64,000 nt of DNA, from NCBI RefSeq assembly GCF_001194135.2, contig NC_068984.1, positions 126,526,260 to 126,590,259 on the forward strand, read 5' to 3'. The notes beneath the pieces are model-generated. The model had not been told where the DNA came from. It saw only the letters and a program-made list of their open reading frames with translations, and ran no database searches. The DNA is from Octopus bimaculoides. Lineage: Eukaryota. This document shows positions 61,861 to 64,000 of the stretch, in pieces (the first letter of the stretch is position 1; each line of letters begins with the position of its first letter). A program made the translations under genes and the position numbers.

Positions 61861-63265
61861 ATCATCAAAATGTTGAAGCTACAGGATAATACATTATCAT
61901 TCAAAACAATGGGAATAAATAAGCATTACATTTGACAAAATAATCTGAATGCTAAAAGGCTTAAAATTTGTTTATAGTGGCAGATAAAATAAGTGCCAGA
62001 CTTAAAATATGTACTGGGCTCAACTTGTTGGACTAAAGCCATCAAGGTGGTATCCTAGCATGGCTGCAGTCCAATGATTGAAACAAGTAAAAAATAAAGA
62101 AAAATATAAATAAATGAAAATGGAGTAAGGTACTTGATCAATAATACCGACTTCCCATTTCCTCTTTCAGAACATAATCAGAAAATATTTGACCCAATAT
62201 TTTAATTAGATATTTAATGAATGGAAACAAAATGAAATTTTCGTCTCTTTTGTGGTCAATATTTATTAAAGTTACCAATAACTGTTATAACTACCAATAA
62301 TAACTATTATTATTACCACTTGCAACAACTAATCTCAGCAGAAGGAGCTTCTGCATGGACAGTCAGAGTGCTAAAAATAGCAGCTTAATCTCCCTCAAAT
62401 CACATTCCAGCTAAGAAAAAGAAATGCTGTCCTTGCATGTAATCAGAATGGTAGTCTGGTCGTGGCTGGAATGCTTTCGATCTTTGGTTTGCTTAATCAG
62501 TGCTGACATGTGGCTAAACAATGACAGTAGCAACAACTAAAACTACTATAAGTCAAAGAGAGTGCCTCTACGTGGTAGCTTGACCTGTTAAAAATAGCAG
62601 CCAAGTCTCCCTCAAATCACAGTCCTGTTGACTTTAAAAAATATAAGGAACATTGAATAATGTTGTTTTAGATACAGTGTTTAAATATAAAGCAGGATGG
62701 TGTGTTAGGAAGGGCATCTACTGTAGAAACCATGCCAAAGCAGACACTGAAACATGATGCAGTCATTGGGCCCGTTGAATTCTGTCAAACTATCCAATCT
62801 ATGCCAGCATGAAACACATGGTTGCAAAGTGAGCTTCTTAACCATACAGCCATGCCTATGCTTCAACATATAACAAGGATAAAGCATCCTTCTTGAGGCC
62901 TATAGACACATAAGGGCTGATTTACTGGCTTCCATGGTGCATATATATTTACCCCCTAGACGGGATGCTGGTCTGTCACAGAATTACTCATTTTTACCAG
63001 CTGAATGGAAATGAAGTGTTTTGCTCACAAACAGAACACTTCACCCAGTCCAGGAACTGAAACCACAATCTTATGATTACGAGTCCAACACCCTGACCAC
63101 TAAGCCACATGGCTCTACATACTTTATTTTATTGATCTTGGATGATTCATAGACAAAAAAAGATTATGGGAGGACTTGAACTCAGAACATAAAAGCCAAA
63201 ACAAAAGCATTATGTCCGACATGCTCATGATTCTGCCAATCCATTGCATTTGATGGTTTCTTACA

Positions 63266-63480
63266 TCGGCATGAGGTCAGAAATTTTAGGAGTGGGGTCG
63301 AGGCAATGTTGATCAATTAAATTGACTCTAATACTTGACTCATAATTTAACCAATCAAACCCCCAAGAAGATAAAAGGCAAAGTTGACCTCCGTGGGACC
63401 TTAAGTCAGAACACAAAAAGTCAGAACAAACACCATAAGGCATTGTTTCCAATGCTTTTAACATTTCTGCCAGCCCGCCA
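63266..63480 (-). mobile_element. tRNA-derived SINE, family B (another decayed copy at ~63125-63250)
   Basis: Homologous to 19944-20168. Confidence 0.72.
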
Positions 63481-63646
63481 CTCTAATACAGCAATTAATA
63501 ATAGCTTTAATAAGCAATTATCTTTACTTTAGACACATACACTAACTATAATAGCCACTAAATATCTGTAAGAACTTCTGTTGCTATGAAACTATGGCCC
63601 TGAACATATACTGTATTTTGTGCAACAGATTTCCCAGAAGCCCTCC

Positions 63647-63720
<74 letters not shown>

Positions 63721-64000
63721 NNNNNNNNNNNNNNNNNNNNNNNNNNNNNNNNNNNNNNNNNNNNNNNNNNNNNNNNNNNNNNNNNNNNNNNNNNNNNNNN
63801 NNNNNNNNNNNNNNNNNNNNNNNNNNNNNNNNNNNATATATATATATATATATATATACATATATATACATATATATATGTAAAATATATTACATTGGAC
63901 TGGACTGTTCACTTAAATATATAAAAGAATAACTTAATGGTGGTGGGGGATATCACAATTTTTTTTTTTTTAAAGTAAAAAAAAAACAAAAGGACAATAT

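Larger units (their letters stand above)
61159..61960. mobile_element. piggyBac-type MITE (TTAA flanks) carrying nested SINE and RTE insertions
   Basis: TTAA|ccctttcacatttaaacc ... ctgaatgctaaaaggc|TTAA; the outer parts match the empty copy at 17025-17240. Confidence 0.75.

Noticed and set aside
8280-63932. Dozens of ORFs made of poly-HT/CV/YI/LS/V/H/T or containing X runs
   Set aside because: They are translations of (CA)n, (TA)n, (GA)n or trinucleotide microsatellites, or read-through of N gaps; there is no coding signal.

Overview
AT-rich, repeat-saturated eukaryotic DNA with nine N-gaps. The SINE/LINE/microsatellite repertoire looks like an octopus genome; this is inferred from recognising repeat families, not from a search. 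No host protein-coding gene can be identified with confidence, and almost all long ORFs in the track are microsatellite or N-gap artefacts. Supportable content: decayed transposase remnants (Tigger/pogo, mariner, MULE), an internally deleted Helitron, RTE and CR1/L2-group LINE remnants (one RTE is young), mariner-, piggyBac- and hAT-type MITEs, and dozens of tRNA-derived SINEs. The most notable observation is a set of short foldback elements whose arms read as minimal type I hammerhead ribozymes of the Penelope pseudo-LTR kind. The best is 47278-47428 (complete core on the minus strand); decayed relatives lie at 22132-22333, 48073-48236 and possibly 39185-39226, and I recognised no Penelope ORF in the window. 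Also of note: a 600-bp foldback MITE with inverted telomeric repeats at its centre, an isolated two-finger C2H2 ORF end, and a candidate minus-strand promoter/first exon near 60.2-60.5 kb.
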